From assembly GCA_964106915.2 (NCBI GenBank), contig OZ066918.1: a DNA stretch of 64,000 bases. One strand, given 5' to 3'. A program made the translations under genes and the position numbers. The stretch is from Podarcis gaigeae (taxonomy: Eukaryota). Below are positions 1-12,995 of this stretch, one piece after another. The stretch's first letter is position 1; the number at the start of each line of letters is the position of its first letter. The notes beneath the pieces were generated by a model that was not told the origin of the DNA, made no database searches, and saw nothing but the letters and a program-made list of their open reading frames with translations.

Positions 1-310
1 AAAATGTCCATTTTATGACTGCTAAGATACACCTAAAAGATGGGGGTGGGGGAGGCTGGAAAATTTCTGTACTGAATATTTTGCTGTTGGCACACATTTT
101 CAGTGAGAAGGGGCAGGATACAAGCCCTGCCCTCATTCTTGCCCTTCCTTCCCTATACCTAACAGAACAGAAAATAGCAGAATTTCTTTTACATATCTGC
201 TTGCTTTGCCTAATTTATAGTTTGCAAAATTTACTTTTGCACCCGCCAGTACCTTGCCTGTTATTAGCTAACACAGGCTTCATAAACTTAAGACATCTGC
301 TGCATCGAAC

Positions 311-441
311 CAAAGGCAAACTTGGCCCTCCAGATGTTTTGGGACTGCACCTCCCATCATCCCTAGCTAACAGGACCATGGGTCTGGGATGATGGGAATC
401 GTAGTCTCAAACATCTGGAGGGCTGAGTTTGCCTATGCCTG
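311..441. mobile_element. Palindromic hAT-type MITE (family A), inserted in an older CR1-like 3' fragment (~285-605)
   Basis: Fold-back arms AGGCAAACTTGGCCCTCCAGATGTTT / AAACATCTGGAGGGCTGAGTTTGCCT; same family as 53848 and 63199. Confidence 0.8.
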
Positions 442-3400
442 ATCTAGTATGACACCTGCTTTCCTATAGTAGCTAACCAGATGTCCCTAAGAAACGCCAA
501 AGCATGGTATGGGCAACAGCTATCTCTCCTGTTGTTTGTCCCTAGCAAAGTGGTTCCAAACCTGGAGGGAACATATAGCCATCATGGCTAGTAGCCATTC
601 AGAGCCATTCAACTGTGAATACATTTCGCTTGCCTGGACTTTCTGACCAGAACATCTTTAAGGTTTATGTGCTAAGGAAAGTGTTCTAATTTTAAGTGGC
701 CCAATATTAAATGCACCCTTATGTGATTAAAAAAAGTATAAAAGCACATTTAGATTTGCATTTGTAATGACCTAGATACATCAGGAAAGCCTAAAACACT
801 GAAGCAGCGATCAGTGGTTTATCCAGTTTGAGAAACTGTAGCCAAGCCTTCCAATTCTAGGTTAGCTGCATTACCTACAGAAAATATTTCACCACAACAG
901 CACAACATTCAGTGGAAATTATTTATTTATGCCCCATCCTATCCTGTTGGTTCCAGCAGATATATAAAAATTCACTGAAGTAGAAAGCCCTTTGGGGCCA
1001 TGATAATCTAAGTAATGGGCATTAGATGGGTTGAGGAAACTAAGTAGGTCAAAGTGAAAACAGAAAATATTTTCTTGTCCTTATCACTCTTCTCCCAAAA
1101 TACAACTATCCCATGATGTACACTTCACCATCACTTGATCAATCAATGACTTAAAGCGATGTGCATGAACCAAGCCTCTGTGTTTTAAGTAACACTGGAG
1201 AACATCAAAGCTCTCTCTGGGTTATGAGAGCTGCGATGGCTCAGTTCAAACATGCCAGTCACCACGTGGTGAACATACATTCGTGAAACCACTCTCTGTG
1301 TGGGTTCTCTTGCATGTGCACACATAGCTCCTTTGCAATCATTCCTAACACTATAAGTTATAAATCTCACTAACAGTTTGCCTCAATGCATATTAGACAA
1401 GAGGAAGTGTTTCCTGTTAGAGTTGCCACACACCCTGCATTGAAAACATGATCAATGAAAGCAGGAACAAAACACAAAGGTTAATTTTTTTATGACTTGC
1501 CTGCATGCCCGAACTAGGTTGTGTGCTGGTTGATCTTCCACGAAATACCTCCCTACTGTATCTTAAGCACTGTATTATTGCAGCAAGTTCTGTGGTGACT
1601 TTAGGATACAGATGAGCCACACCCTGCATCCTCTTTCCAGACAATACTTTACTACCCAAAAGTTTTAGGTTATGCCTCCTTGGACAAAGGGGAATCTACT
1701 CAGCACCAGGGCCAATATGAGGTTTGAAGCTCCCCACTATTCAGCCCCCCCCCCAAATGAAGATAGGGGTGACAGCAGCTACTTCACATGGTACTTCTCC
1801 ACTGAACATCAGACTGTGCGTCACTGCATGTCCCCACTACTGCCTGAAGCCCGCTCACCCCTTTAGCTTACTGGGCTAGGCAGAGTCCGAATTAGACAAA
1901 ATGTCACCTAAAGGGCAAGTGATCCATACTGAGCAAACACAATATTAAAAAAATAATAATAACCAAATCTATATACTCATATTTTTCATTGAACATCTAG
2001 GGGAGTAAGCAGAATTAGCCTTTTAATGTCACCGCAAAGCAAGCTCACCAACAAAGACCTTGCGGGGTGAGGTAAGGTTTTGTAGATGCTTGAGCTGACT
2101 TTTAAAAATGAAAGCTAACGTCAGTGTTTAGCAGTAGACAACATGGCATGGTTTGTATTTATATTAAAGCCTCAAAAAGCAGCACAATTAAATTTGTCAG
2201 TTCTGCTGTTAACAATAGTAACGGGGAGTTTTCATAACTAGCTCCCTGTTGAGCCATTCAAATATATAGCAGATTTACAACACCAATTATTTTAACAACA
2301 TTTCTAATGTATTTCAATTGTACGAACGCAAGCGATGTTCGCTACACAACAACTTCCTGCACAGGATCTCTATGTAAAATAATAGCACGGTGTTTGAAGT
2401 AGCTATGCCTATTATATATTCCTCTTCCATTATTGCTATTCACAGCCACTGAAGCAACTATCCATTTCAGTTAATACAAAACAAAGCAACACATACCGTG
2501 TATTGGCTCAGATGCCATTATTTGATTATTCTGTTTAAGGAGACTAGAACAGGACTGCACATTAGTGGCACTAGATCAATGTGCAGTAGTAGCAGAGGCA
2601 GCAGCTGTAGAATGAGTATGCACAATGACACCACCACTAGTCATATCAGCTCTCATGCCACTGTGATGGTGCCACAGCGATTAGAAAAAGATCTTGCCAG
2701 CGTAGGAGTGTCAGTGGCACTAATAAGTCAAGGTATGCTGCTGAAATTTTGGTACCACGTAAAACACTAGGCTAGTATACACCTATGTTTCCACATTCTC
2801 AGTCTACCACTGATGGCACAGCAACTTTAAATAATTGAGCCACTACTTAGGATAATTTGGAACCCTAATTTAACAAGGAATTCTTCAGTGCCTGGGCAGA
2901 TGCAGGCATTACCCACATCTTTTGTACACAAAAGTTTCACTATTCTTCTTCCCAACCCTTTTTTACTTCTCAGAATCTGTTTATGTCAATGCATGTATAC
3001 ACTTCACCAATACTATACATTATTCTGTACTTCTGTAAAGCAGAACATGAGCACACTGTTCCACATTAAATAAAGGGTCCTTAGTTTGGTGAATATGTAA
3101 AGAAAGCCTGAATAACCAGAGACAAACCATATTCCTTTTTCTACATGTATGGAAGCTGTATTAAAGTTCACCCGTTCCAATCAAGATGACAGACTGAACC
3201 TTTCAAAACTGCACCTATTTTAATGACTGATTTCAAAACTTTGGTTTCCTATTATTCCCAAGCAATACTAGTTTAAGGCTTTTGTCTCCTTGATCAATAC
3301 ACTGTGGAGGGAAATATGAAATATTAATGTCCCTTTCCATATATAAGACAACCAAATTAGATGTTACATTTAATGCATGAATGGCATCAATGGAAACTTC

Positions 3401-3840
3401 CTTTCCCTGGGACTAATAAGGGCAGTGGAGGTGGGAAGCAGGGGGGGCAGGTGGGGAGGAGGTACTGTGAGGTCCTTAAATCCTTCTCCCCTAAACTACC
3501 CCAGTATTATTTGGAGGTGGGAACTACAATTGTTTCCCTATCTGGGAGATATGCTATCTGGTGGTAGTACTCCTACATTCAGCTGTTGCTGCAGGCATCT
3601 TCAGCAGGCAGGGGTGCTTTTTACAAAATGTTGGTATGACAGCTGCAAAAATATCATAGCCACACAGTGGCTCACGCATTGGTAACTTCAAGACTGAATT
3701 ACTTCACTGCAATGATTTCCATTTGGAGCTACTTGTGAAATTGGCCCAGAAGCAGCAGCCAGTGCAGAACATGGCAGCACACCTCCTGATAGGTACAGTT
3801 TATCATCAGCATAAAATATTTTTACTTAGTCTCTACTGGC

Positions 3841-3900
3841 TACTACTACTACTAATTTTATTATTTATACCCCATCCATCCGGCCGGGTCTCCCCAGCCA
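3841..3900 (-). mobile_element. Short L2 3'-tail fragment
   Basis: TTTATTATTTATACCCC...CCCCAGCCA matches the tail of the L2 copy at 19858-20451. Confidence 0.6.
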
Positions 3901-4625
3901 ATCTCTACTGGCACTAATATGCAAATTTAAGGTATATAAAGCCATAAACAACATGAGCCTAGTTCACTTGCCCTATATATTCCTGCTCAACCACTACAAA
4001 CAGCAGTAGTGGCACTTGTGACAGCGCTTCACAATGATACTGGCTCCAGGAGTACCAGGAGCTTTCAGTGTGGCAGTACTATTGTTCTGGAGCTCCTTCC
4101 CAATGAATACTATACAAGCGCCCTCTGTATAACCTTCTGTATAAATCTCAGCAGGGATTTGAATGGGCTTTTCACAAAGACCTGAGCTTAATCTGAGAAT
4201 CATTACATAACAAAGGACACAGGTAATGAGTTCTCACATGTCATCCTGAGTCATATCGGCTAGGCATCCCGCTTAAGGGCTACAGCAAAGTTACAAGGGT
4301 GTCTCTACCTGACACATCTTATTTTGAATATAGTGATCTTGTCATGACTGAAAGGGACAAGCTTGAGTCTCCTCAGTAAATGCACAAAGGGCACTTGGTT
4401 TAATCAAGACAGGATATGCTTGCCTGGCTGGGATTTATTCACGCTCAAGAGTAGGATTCATGGCCAGACTATAGGCATTGTTTGTGTAAGAAGTGGCAAG
4501 GAGTTCTGGGGATCAATTGGGTGTGTGCAATCTCCTGTCTGTGACGGCCTGGTTTTGCACCATAATGGCTCACTCTCTCTGTTTAGCAAATGATCCTTGC
4601 TCAGAATAAAGCTGGTAACCTAGTC

Positions 4626-5040
4626 CAGGGGTAGCCAACTCCCAAGAGACTGCGGTCTACTCACAGAATTAAAAACTGGCAGTGATCTACCCCCTTTTTG
4701 GCATTCAAGTCAAAGTTGTTGAGCTTTTTTAAGACAGCCCCGTGTTTTGGGGGGTCAAAGTTGTTGAACTTTTTTATGGAGGGGGAAAGCCCTGATTTTG
4801 AAGAGTTCACACCTAACTTCAAGGGAGATAGAGGAATAGCCACTCACTAGCAGATCGCTGGGAAAACAAACAGCCTTGCTGAGTAAACTCCATCTTCCAA
4901 TCTGCAGCTGGTGCAACAATGGAGAGCAGAGTGATGGGGAGGGGCCAGATTATATTTTACCCATGCTAAGGAAAGGCAGCCAGCGATTGACCGCAATCTA
5001 ATCTACCAGTGGATCGCGATCAACGTGTTGGATATCCCTG
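4626..5040. mobile_element. Non-autonomous hAT DNA transposon
   Basis: TIRs CAGGGGTAGCCAAC / GTTGGATATCCCTG; 8-bp TSD ACCTAGTC / CCCTAGTC (7/8); internal direct repeat GTCAAAGTTGTTGA. Confidence 0.8.
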
Positions 5041-6113
5041 CCCTAGTCTAAGGCCATGGTTCTCAAAGGCTGTGCTGCACCACACTGATGTGACAGGAGA
5101 GGATGGCAAGTGTGGTGGGAAGATTCAAGGACAAATAAACACTTGAAATATTTCAGTGCAGTATAGTATAGTATCAAAATATTGTTTTTCATTTGCAGAA
5201 TATGGATAGATACCTTCAAAATGAGAGCAAGAGCTTCAAGTGATAATGAGGACAGTCACGGCTGTGATCCAGAATAGCTGTTCAAACAGAGTTCTCCATG
5301 GCATATTGTTGTGAACAAGGATTGGTTTCAGGGCATGGACACAGTTACAGCTGAAAAAGAGTTACTCAGTGCAGAAAACTGGGTTCATTTACCTTCCTTA
5401 AACCTCAATAAATGCATCATTTCTATTTTAACTATGTATTTTGCTGCTGTAAACTAAAAAAAAACCCCAAACCTCAGAATTCATATAACTAGCCATGTTG
5501 GTTTTGTTTGATGTCCATGCTGCAACCATCCCTAGTGTACGACCCAAAATTCTGACTTGAGTTATGACTTACTGTATTATGTAGCAAGTGTTTTTCCTAG
5601 TGTAACCACCCTTAATTGTATCACCATAATAACACTATGAAGTAATCACAATGATACCACTTTACAGATTTGGAATGATACTAACTTGCCCAAGACTACT
5701 TGAACAGGGAGAGCATAACATGTGAACTTAACTTTGTATCAAGTTTATCAAGAGAATATTAAAAAGAACTTTCCTGGTACTTTCCAATATTGGGAAAACC
5801 ACTAGTAATGTGTTTCCTTCCCTTTTGGCATTTCATTTTTGCAGATGAAGCAACATATTGCACAATGTGCAACTTAAACTTCTTGAATTTTGGAAGCTTT
5901 GATTCAGCAACCCTATAAGGCAGGAGTGGGGACCACTCGTCTTCTGTGAAGTCTTCCCTCACATGAAAATGAAGCTTAAAACAGCCTCCTATGCTCTAAA
6001 AGCCCAATTGCCTTTTGATGGGAGGCTCTTCAAATATTACTGTGTGAGAGAGGGGGATATATGGGTTTGTATTGTGGGTGCATGTGTAGGAATGAGTGTT
6101 TATGGGCACTGCT

Positions 6114-6249
6114 CATGGGCGTAACCAGGGTTTTTGTTAGGAGGGGCAGGCTTTTGTTGGAAGGGATCGACTTTTGTTAAGGGGGTCAGAACCTCAGATT
6201 TGTATTGACTGGGGGGCAGCTGCCCCCTTCCCCTTTGGCTACATCCATA
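6114..6249. mobile_element. hAT (Tip100-like) MITE
   Basis: TIRs CATGGGCGTAACCA / TGGCTACATCCATA; perfect 8-bp TSD GCACTGCT at 6106-6113 and 6250-6257. Confidence 0.8.
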
Positions 6250-6541
6250 GCACTGCTATTTTTCTAGAAAAAGAGGTGCTAGAACTCGCCTTATTCTCTT
6301 TGAATGACAATGGCACCCATGTTCCAGAACTGAATTCTGGCTGAAAAAATCCCTATGATGGGTACTATATATGAGAGGGAGAAGAATCCCACCCATTTTT
6401 TTGCATTGGCTTGACATACTAGCAACATGGGACACCCAGAAGGTTAGACACAAGTTAATGCAGCTCTTCCCCCCTCCTATTAAAAAGTCAAATATCATGG
6501 TGAGACCATCACTCTTAGGTGGTCTACTGATTGAAAAAATA

Positions 6542-6946
6542 CCATACTTTCCCGTGTATAAGACTAGGTTTTTTTCTTTAAAAATGATGCGAAAAAGTGG
6601 GGGTCATCTTATCAACAGATAGTGCATAGGGTGGATGTTTTATTGGTTGCTGTGTCAACAGCTATTAGGCGTGTTATTCGTTGCTGCGTCAAGGGCTGGT
6701 GTTGACTGGCTAATGCTGCAGCAATTGGGTGGGCAATTGGTAGCTTCTGGTGGTGAGGGGACAGATGAGAGGCAGATTGAGCGGCATGTGTAGGTGAGTG
6801 ATTTTCGACATTTTCCCCTAAAAAAAGCTCCACAACTGTGAGCCATCTCCCCCCATTTTCTTAAATTTGAGCCACCCAAAATAGGGGGCATCTTATACAT
6901 GGGGGTGTCTTATACACAGGGGCATCTTATACATGGGAAAGTATGG
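6542..6946. mobile_element. Tc1/mariner (Tc2/pogo-type) MITE
   Basis: TIRs CCATACTTTCCCGTGTATAAGA / TCTTATACATGGGAAAGTATGG, TA TSD, subterminal TCTTATAC repeats. Confidence 0.8.
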
Positions 6947-7628
6947 TATGTCTTTCGAATGAATAGAATAACTGTACCTAAAATAAAGAGGATATAAAAC
7001 AGCAGCACTATCAGCCACAACTGGCCAGGTACCTAATGCTGAAACATATCCGATAAGTTCACTTTTATTACCAATAAAAGTGTAGTGATACATTTGACGT
7101 AGGTTCAGGTAACTGCCCTATAGATTGAAAGATCTAAAAGCATGGTTTAAAAGAAACTTAATAATGCGAAATACTGCTTTGCATCCTGCTGATATATAAT
7201 ATTCCAATTGCCAGGACTCATTTGCACATTTTATTTAGAATGGAGAAAAATTATGAGGATTTTAATTGAGTAGCTCTATACAATGGCTCTATAAAAAATA
7301 GATGCTCACATTCACACACTGCTAATTAGACTATTTGAATATAATTCATAATAGAAACAACAAAACATCGAATATACTGAACAGGATGTTCAACAAAAAT
7401 TCACACATTGCAGTCGGTCTAAAGGGTGTCTGATCAGGGAGGGTAATGAATCAATGGAAACAATTACGCCACTAATTCAGCTCAAGAATAAAGAACATTT
7501 ATGAACTACTAGGCTACATACATCAGTTGGTAAGTTCATTATACCAGAAGACTAAATTAACTATTCCATCATGAATTATTTTTATAGAAAATACCAAGTA
7601 AATTTTATAGTTTGCTATAAAATTCAGA

Positions 7629-8153
7629 CACAAAATTAAAAGACGCATGCTTCTTGGGAGAAACGCAATGAGAAACCTAGACAGCATCTTAAAAAGCAGA
7701 GACATCACCTTGTTGACAAAGGTCCATATAGTTAAAGCAATGTTTTCCCAGTAGTGATGTATGGAAGTGAGTGCTAGACCATAAGGAGGGCTGATCGCCG
7801 AAGAATTGATGCTTTTGAATTATGGTGCTGGAGGAGACTCTTGAGAGTCCCATGGACTGCAAGAAGATCAAACGCATCCATTCTGAAGGAAATCAGCCCT
7901 GAGTGCTCACTGGAAGGACACATCCTGAAGCTGAGGCTCCAATACTTTGGCCACCTCATGAGAAGAGAAGACTCCCTGGGAAAGACCCTGATGTTGGGAA
8001 AGATGGAGAGCACAAGGAGAAGGGGACGACAGAACAAGAGATGGTTGGACATTGTTCTCTGAGCTACTAACATGAGTTTGACAAAACCGAAGGAGGCAGT
8101 GGAAGACTGGAGTGTCTGGCGTCCTCTATTCCAACAACAAGAAGAACAACAAA
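7629..8153 (+). mobile_element. 5'-truncated BovB (RTE) LINE
   Basis: Translates to BovB C-terminus-like LRVPWTARRSNASILKEISPECSLEGHILKLRLQYFGHLMRREDSL; (CAA)-type tail; 12-bp TSD ATAAAATTCAGA at 7617-7628 and 8154-8165. Confidence 0.92.
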
Positions 8154-8472
8154 ATAAAATTCAGAATTAGCCCTTGAACAAATTAAGAAAAATCAGAATT
8201 TAAAAGAGCTAGTGCTTAGTGCAAACCACTACTTTTATCTGCCAAACAGTGTTTTGTTTTGTTTCATTTCAGTACATAATGAAGGACTAATTTCTTGGAA
8301 GTCATTGTTAGTACAACAAAAAAAATCTGTATGTGATCCATATGTGGGGGCCAAAATCAAGGGAGGGGGAACATATAGACTTTGGGGAATAATCAGCTCA
8401 TATTCAAAAATTCAAAATGTTATGAAACTCTTTGTGGTTATAGAAGGACAAGGTTGTTACATGGAAACTTAC

Positions 8473-8531
8473 CTCAAATGTGTTACCAGTTTCATCAATC
8501 TCTGGTGGCACAAAGGTACCTTCTGGGTCAT
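8473..8531 (-). CDS. KNDC1: KNDC1 coding exon 3 (59 nt): (D)DPEGTFVPPEIDETGNTFE
   Basis: Found by reading the minus strand; absent from the ORF track. AG acceptor at 8533-8532, GTAAGT donor at 8472. Phase 1 start fits exon 2, and the peptide matches recalled human DDPEGAFVPPEFDVTGNTFE. I did not find exon 4 in 1-8472. Confidence 0.93.
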
Positions 8532-11121
8532 CTTTAAAAAGAATCAGGGATTAAGAAGTTAAAATAGAATACATTCAAGCAGAATGTTTCAAGAACAAAA
8601 TTTTTAAAATTCTTCCAGTATCTATAGATTCAACAACTTTTGACTACTGAATTATATAAATGCAGCAATATGCATTGCCAAAACACACACACAAAACAGA
8701 TACAATTATTTCCTAATATTTTCTCTTTAAAAATGACATCATAAAGGTGTTCTGTATAACTCACTAGTAATTCTATTTAAGGAATTACTAATATCCCAAC
8801 TAAGAGTGATAAAGACATACCTTATCATCGCATGTGCCTAATGGGAAAAAACAAACTGCAAACTATTTAATCCTTGTCATGTGTAGCTATCTTGAAGGTT
8901 AAAAGCCATCAATCCATTTCAAGGATGAAGAAGAAGGCTGACAGACTGATAGATTCTTACAGACTCCAGATCTTAAGATGCTGACTCTGGGCTCTTCTGG
9001 AAGATATTTCTAGCCCATTCTGTCTTACAGGGTCAGAGAGACCTTGAATAAAGACAGACACAGGATCTTCCAGTTAATTTATTAGTATCTCCATAGTGAG
9101 TTATCTCCCCAGCAGGGAAGTGGCACACCTGAGGTACCACACTAGTTCATGGTCTGATCCTAGTCTCCCACCAGCACAACCTCAGAAACAAAGTATGATC
9201 CAAAGTATACAATTACTCTGTTGGGTTTGTTTGATAACACAATACGAGCAAAGCAGTATCAACGCTTAAAATTGGAGCTCTATAAACCAGAGAGGGACTC
9301 ATTTAGGAAAAAGAGTCTGAACAAAAGTATGGAGGCAGTTTTCATGAATACTCTTAACTGCATAGGAAGATATTTTCCCCCACCCATTCATAATTTGGGG
9401 GGAATTATAGTGAAAGAGGATTCAAGTGTTCACCTAGTGACATAGCCTTAGTCTCCACTTATGGCATATAAATCTTCAATTTCCAGTGATAATAATGATG
9501 ATAATGACAACAACAGTGGACAGAAGGAACTAAGGCTGCAAGCAGGTTTGAAAAAGAACTTAACAGTCTCAGTTGCTAAGGGTAAATACACAGCAGGTGG
9601 GTAGGTGGCAATATCATGGGAGGGGTGTTTCCAGCTACCCCCCTTTGCCCTTGGAAGCCTTATAAGCTGCTGTTGCAGGAGAGGGGCTGAGAGCAACATC
9701 ATGGGAGGGGTGTTTTTAGGAGTGTGGTGAATCTGTGAAACTCCCTTGTTATTTTTACTATTGGATGTTACATGTTGCTTAAGTAATCTTTTCATATTTA
9801 TAGTGCTAGAATGTGGCTGTTTGGTAAATTATTACTTTTGCTGTTGTTTTGCTATGTTAGTATGCTATTATTTTTGTTTTGCTATGTTCCGAAATTGGTG
9901 CTGATACTGCTTTTCTACATTATCATGAAATTGTTTTTGTAGTGTTTGTTTGAAATGCATATGTTTCTTTGTTGCAAGCTGCTTTGAGCATGATTTTTGT
10001 GTGTGGAAAAGCACCATACAAACAAAATGAATGAACTATTCCTAGGTGCAAAACTGATATGGGTGAATATTGCACCTAGGAACAGTAGCAAGTGCAACAC
10101 TAGAGCACTTTGTTATCAGCAGGTTAAATTTAGGGTGAAATGGACAAATCAAGACAGAGACATCTCCTTTCAAACAAAAACATCCAAGGAGCAGTGCTTG
10201 AGGATTTCAGACTTGCTCAATTCATGCTTTAACACACCACTCAATTGAAGCTACTGAATCATTGGAGAGAGGACACCATCTGTGCAATGCTATCCACAAA
10301 TTCTGTTCTCTTGTCATTTCAACAATTACATCAGAGTTAAATGCAATCTAGAAAGACATCATCAATGAACTTGAGAAGAGAACTGGAGATTTAGAAATTC
10401 TGACATGGTTGTTAAATAAATTAATCTTTTTTAAGAAAGAGAGAAAGCAGAGAACAAATAGGTAGTAACAAGCTTGCTGAAGATCTCAAAGGCTTCAGCA
10501 CTGAGTAAATCAGTTCAATTTGTTTAGCTTCAGTTCCTACCAACAACTATCAAAAAGTCTAAGACAGTCGACCTTTCACATTACAAGAAATTTCAAAACA
10601 GAATTCTGGTTGTATGCAAACAAGGCCCCTTAGAATGTAAAGGTGCTGGACAGCTGTTTCAATGACCATATTTAGGCATGTCTAAGTTCTGACAAATCTG
10701 AAATGGCAATCTGAAATCCTCTCCACGCTAAGCTTTTCATCAAATGCAAAGTCCAAGAAAGGGCAAAGAGGAAAAATAAGACTGATGTCTTAGTTCAGGG
10801 TCTCCAGGATATTTACACAGCAGTCTTAGAATTAGTGAGGAAGTTGTACCTAGACAAATAAGAAAAACAAATGTGATAGGAGGAGGTCTTGACTTTGTGG
10901 GGGAAAGCAAAAATGGGACAAGTCCATACTACATTTCTCACAATTGTCCCAGATGTGGAAACTCCAGATAAGACTAAACAAACAGCCAACACCATCTCCC
11001 TGCACTATTTTATGCTATTTTATGCTGAGTAAGGATGCTACCTCTTCCTCCTACCCACCCATCTCAGAGATCCTCATATATAAAATGGCACATCAGTGAG
11101 AGAGGTTATATCTCTGTCCTA

Positions 11122-11256
11122 TAGGAGTTGGGGACCTGTGGTCCTTCCAACATTGTTGGGATTCCAACTCCTATCAGCCTCAGTCAATATAGCCAATGGT
11201 TAGGGATAATGGAAGTTGGTTGCTAACAATATCAAGACAGCACAGGTTCCTCACCT
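11122..11256. mobile_element. Degenerate palindromic hAT-type MITE related to family A
   Basis: GGGGACCTGTG...ACAGGTTCCTC fold-back structure; a similar copy lies at ~39421-39539. Confidence 0.55.
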
Positions 11257-11342
11257 GCAATCCTAACCATGTCTACTCAGAAGTAAGTCCCACTGAATTC
11301 ATTAGGGCTTACTCCCAAGTAACCAGTGCCATGATTGCAGCC
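11257..11342. mobile_element. ~80-bp palindromic MITE (TGCAATCC...GGATTGCA family)
   Basis: TGCAATCCTAACCATG...GTAAGTCCC...GGGCTTAC...CATGATTGCA. Related copies at ~16206, ~17600, ~27060, 57835 and 59285. Confidence 0.65.
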
Positions 11343-12796
11343 TTGGTTGTCAGGAGTCCCAAAAACATTTAGAGAACACCTCTGATGACAGAGTAGACAT
11401 AGTTGCCCACAACAACATATTTACTACAATGAGTTTTGAGATGCTGCTAGACAGATAATAAATCCATGCTGAAGCCATAAAATCTTGTATTGCAAGCGGC
11501 TAGACCCAATTTAAAGGTGCTTGAAAAAATACAAGACATGAAAATAAAACCAATGAGCTAATATAGTACAGCTTGACGGACAATATGAAAAATTTACCAG
11601 TACATAAGCAAAGTTATATGCCCCATTTATCTTGTGTCACATAACCTGAGAAAGCTACTTTCTTAGAAATTACTGTTACTTGCCCAAGGCAGATAGTTAG
11701 TTTCAAGGCCGGCATAGTTACCCAGAATAAAAGGCAATATATCTTGCATCTGTGGTGGAGCCCTCAATTCTACTTCTGACTTGCCCATCTGCACAAGGCC
11801 TCAGAAGAGTAGAAGTTGGCTCTGATGTGCCTTCTCTTCCTCAGTTCCAAGCAGACAGGTTCCAGAGATCCATCCTTCCTCCAGTTGCTTACAGGCAGCT
11901 CCCCACGTCACATTCATTTTTAACCCCATCTCTCCATATTTGCAGAGTCCCCACCTCCAAAACAGAGTATACTTTCTGTTGCTGGCTGGATGAGCATTTC
12001 AGGACACAATTATATTAACAGAAGATTCCCAATTCCTCTCACATACTGGAGAACCATGTCTGCCCATCACCTCCACTTCCTCATAGGTTTCCTCTTGCCA
12101 CATCGGAAGGATTAAATATTACCCAGCTTTGCATCCAGACTTCTTGTTTACCTCCAGGCTTCTTCTTCACAATGTTTAGAAATACTAAGGCAAGGCAACA
12201 TTGCTCTTATCATCTTAGCCAATAGTAGTTCATCATACAGATTAATGGAATATAGAGATAGTTTGGAATTTAATTCTTAGCCATCATTATTTCCAACAAG
12301 TATGAGACCAATTCACTGGAGGGACAGTAAGTTGCGTAAGGCTTTAACCTATTGTTTGTTAAAAAATTTTTTTCCAATGCCAGCTACATCAGTTTTTACT
12401 AGGGCATCTCCTCCTCAGTTCCTCACATCCTCTCCTATTTGTAAGGCTCTCTTTAGATTTAAAGCACATTCAGACAAGTGTATAGCAGCAATCATCATGT
12501 AGATCCTTTGGAAGATATTGATTAGCCCAATGAATCGAATCTAAAAGCTTATTAAAATTTGAATTGGAAACCTTTGTTCAACACTGTAACAACTAAATGA
12601 ACATACAGTATTAGTTGGTATATCCTAATTTAGCTTTACGTGGGCTGACACTCATCCTTGCATTAAGAAATTACAGTTTCCAATCTAATTAAAATCCATG
12701 TACAAGTCTGATGGAGAGACTATAATGTTTCACTACATCCTCTCAGCGTGAGCTTTTGCACTTTGCAACGAATTGCCTAGGAGCATAAATACTTAC

Positions 12797-12995
12797 CACT
12801 GATCTGCTCCATGAAGCATACATTGCCATTGGTGTTAAAAGCCAAAGTGTCAGGAGTAATGCAAAGTGTCTGAAAGATTGCAGAATGGGCAATGCTCTTC
12901 AGAGACTGGCTACACTCCAAGCAAACAGCCCAGATATCTTCCTCCGTGAGACAGCTATCCCGCAGTGACAATACATCAGCAAGAGACACGTTCTC
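12797..12995 (-). CDS. KNDC1: KNDC1 coding exon 2, start of KIND1 domain: ENVSLADVLSLRDSCLTEEDIWAVCLECSQSLKSIAHSAIFQTLCITPDTLAFNTNGNVCFMEQIS
   Basis: Close match to the recalled KIND domain sequence (ENVSLADILSLRD...LCITPDTLAFNT.GNVCFMEQ). CAG acceptor at 12998-12996 and GTAAGT donor at 12796; 199 nt, phase 0 to 1. Confidence 0.96.

Noticed and set aside
1699-1717. TCAGCACCAGGGCCAA resembling a REST/RE1 site
   Set aside because: The right half-site (GGACAG) has two core mismatches; too weak to call.
3994-4203. Minus-strand ORF containing ATLKA, as in the expected KNDC1 exon 4
   Set aside because: The flanking residues do not match AHIYSLG...ALEY; chance match.
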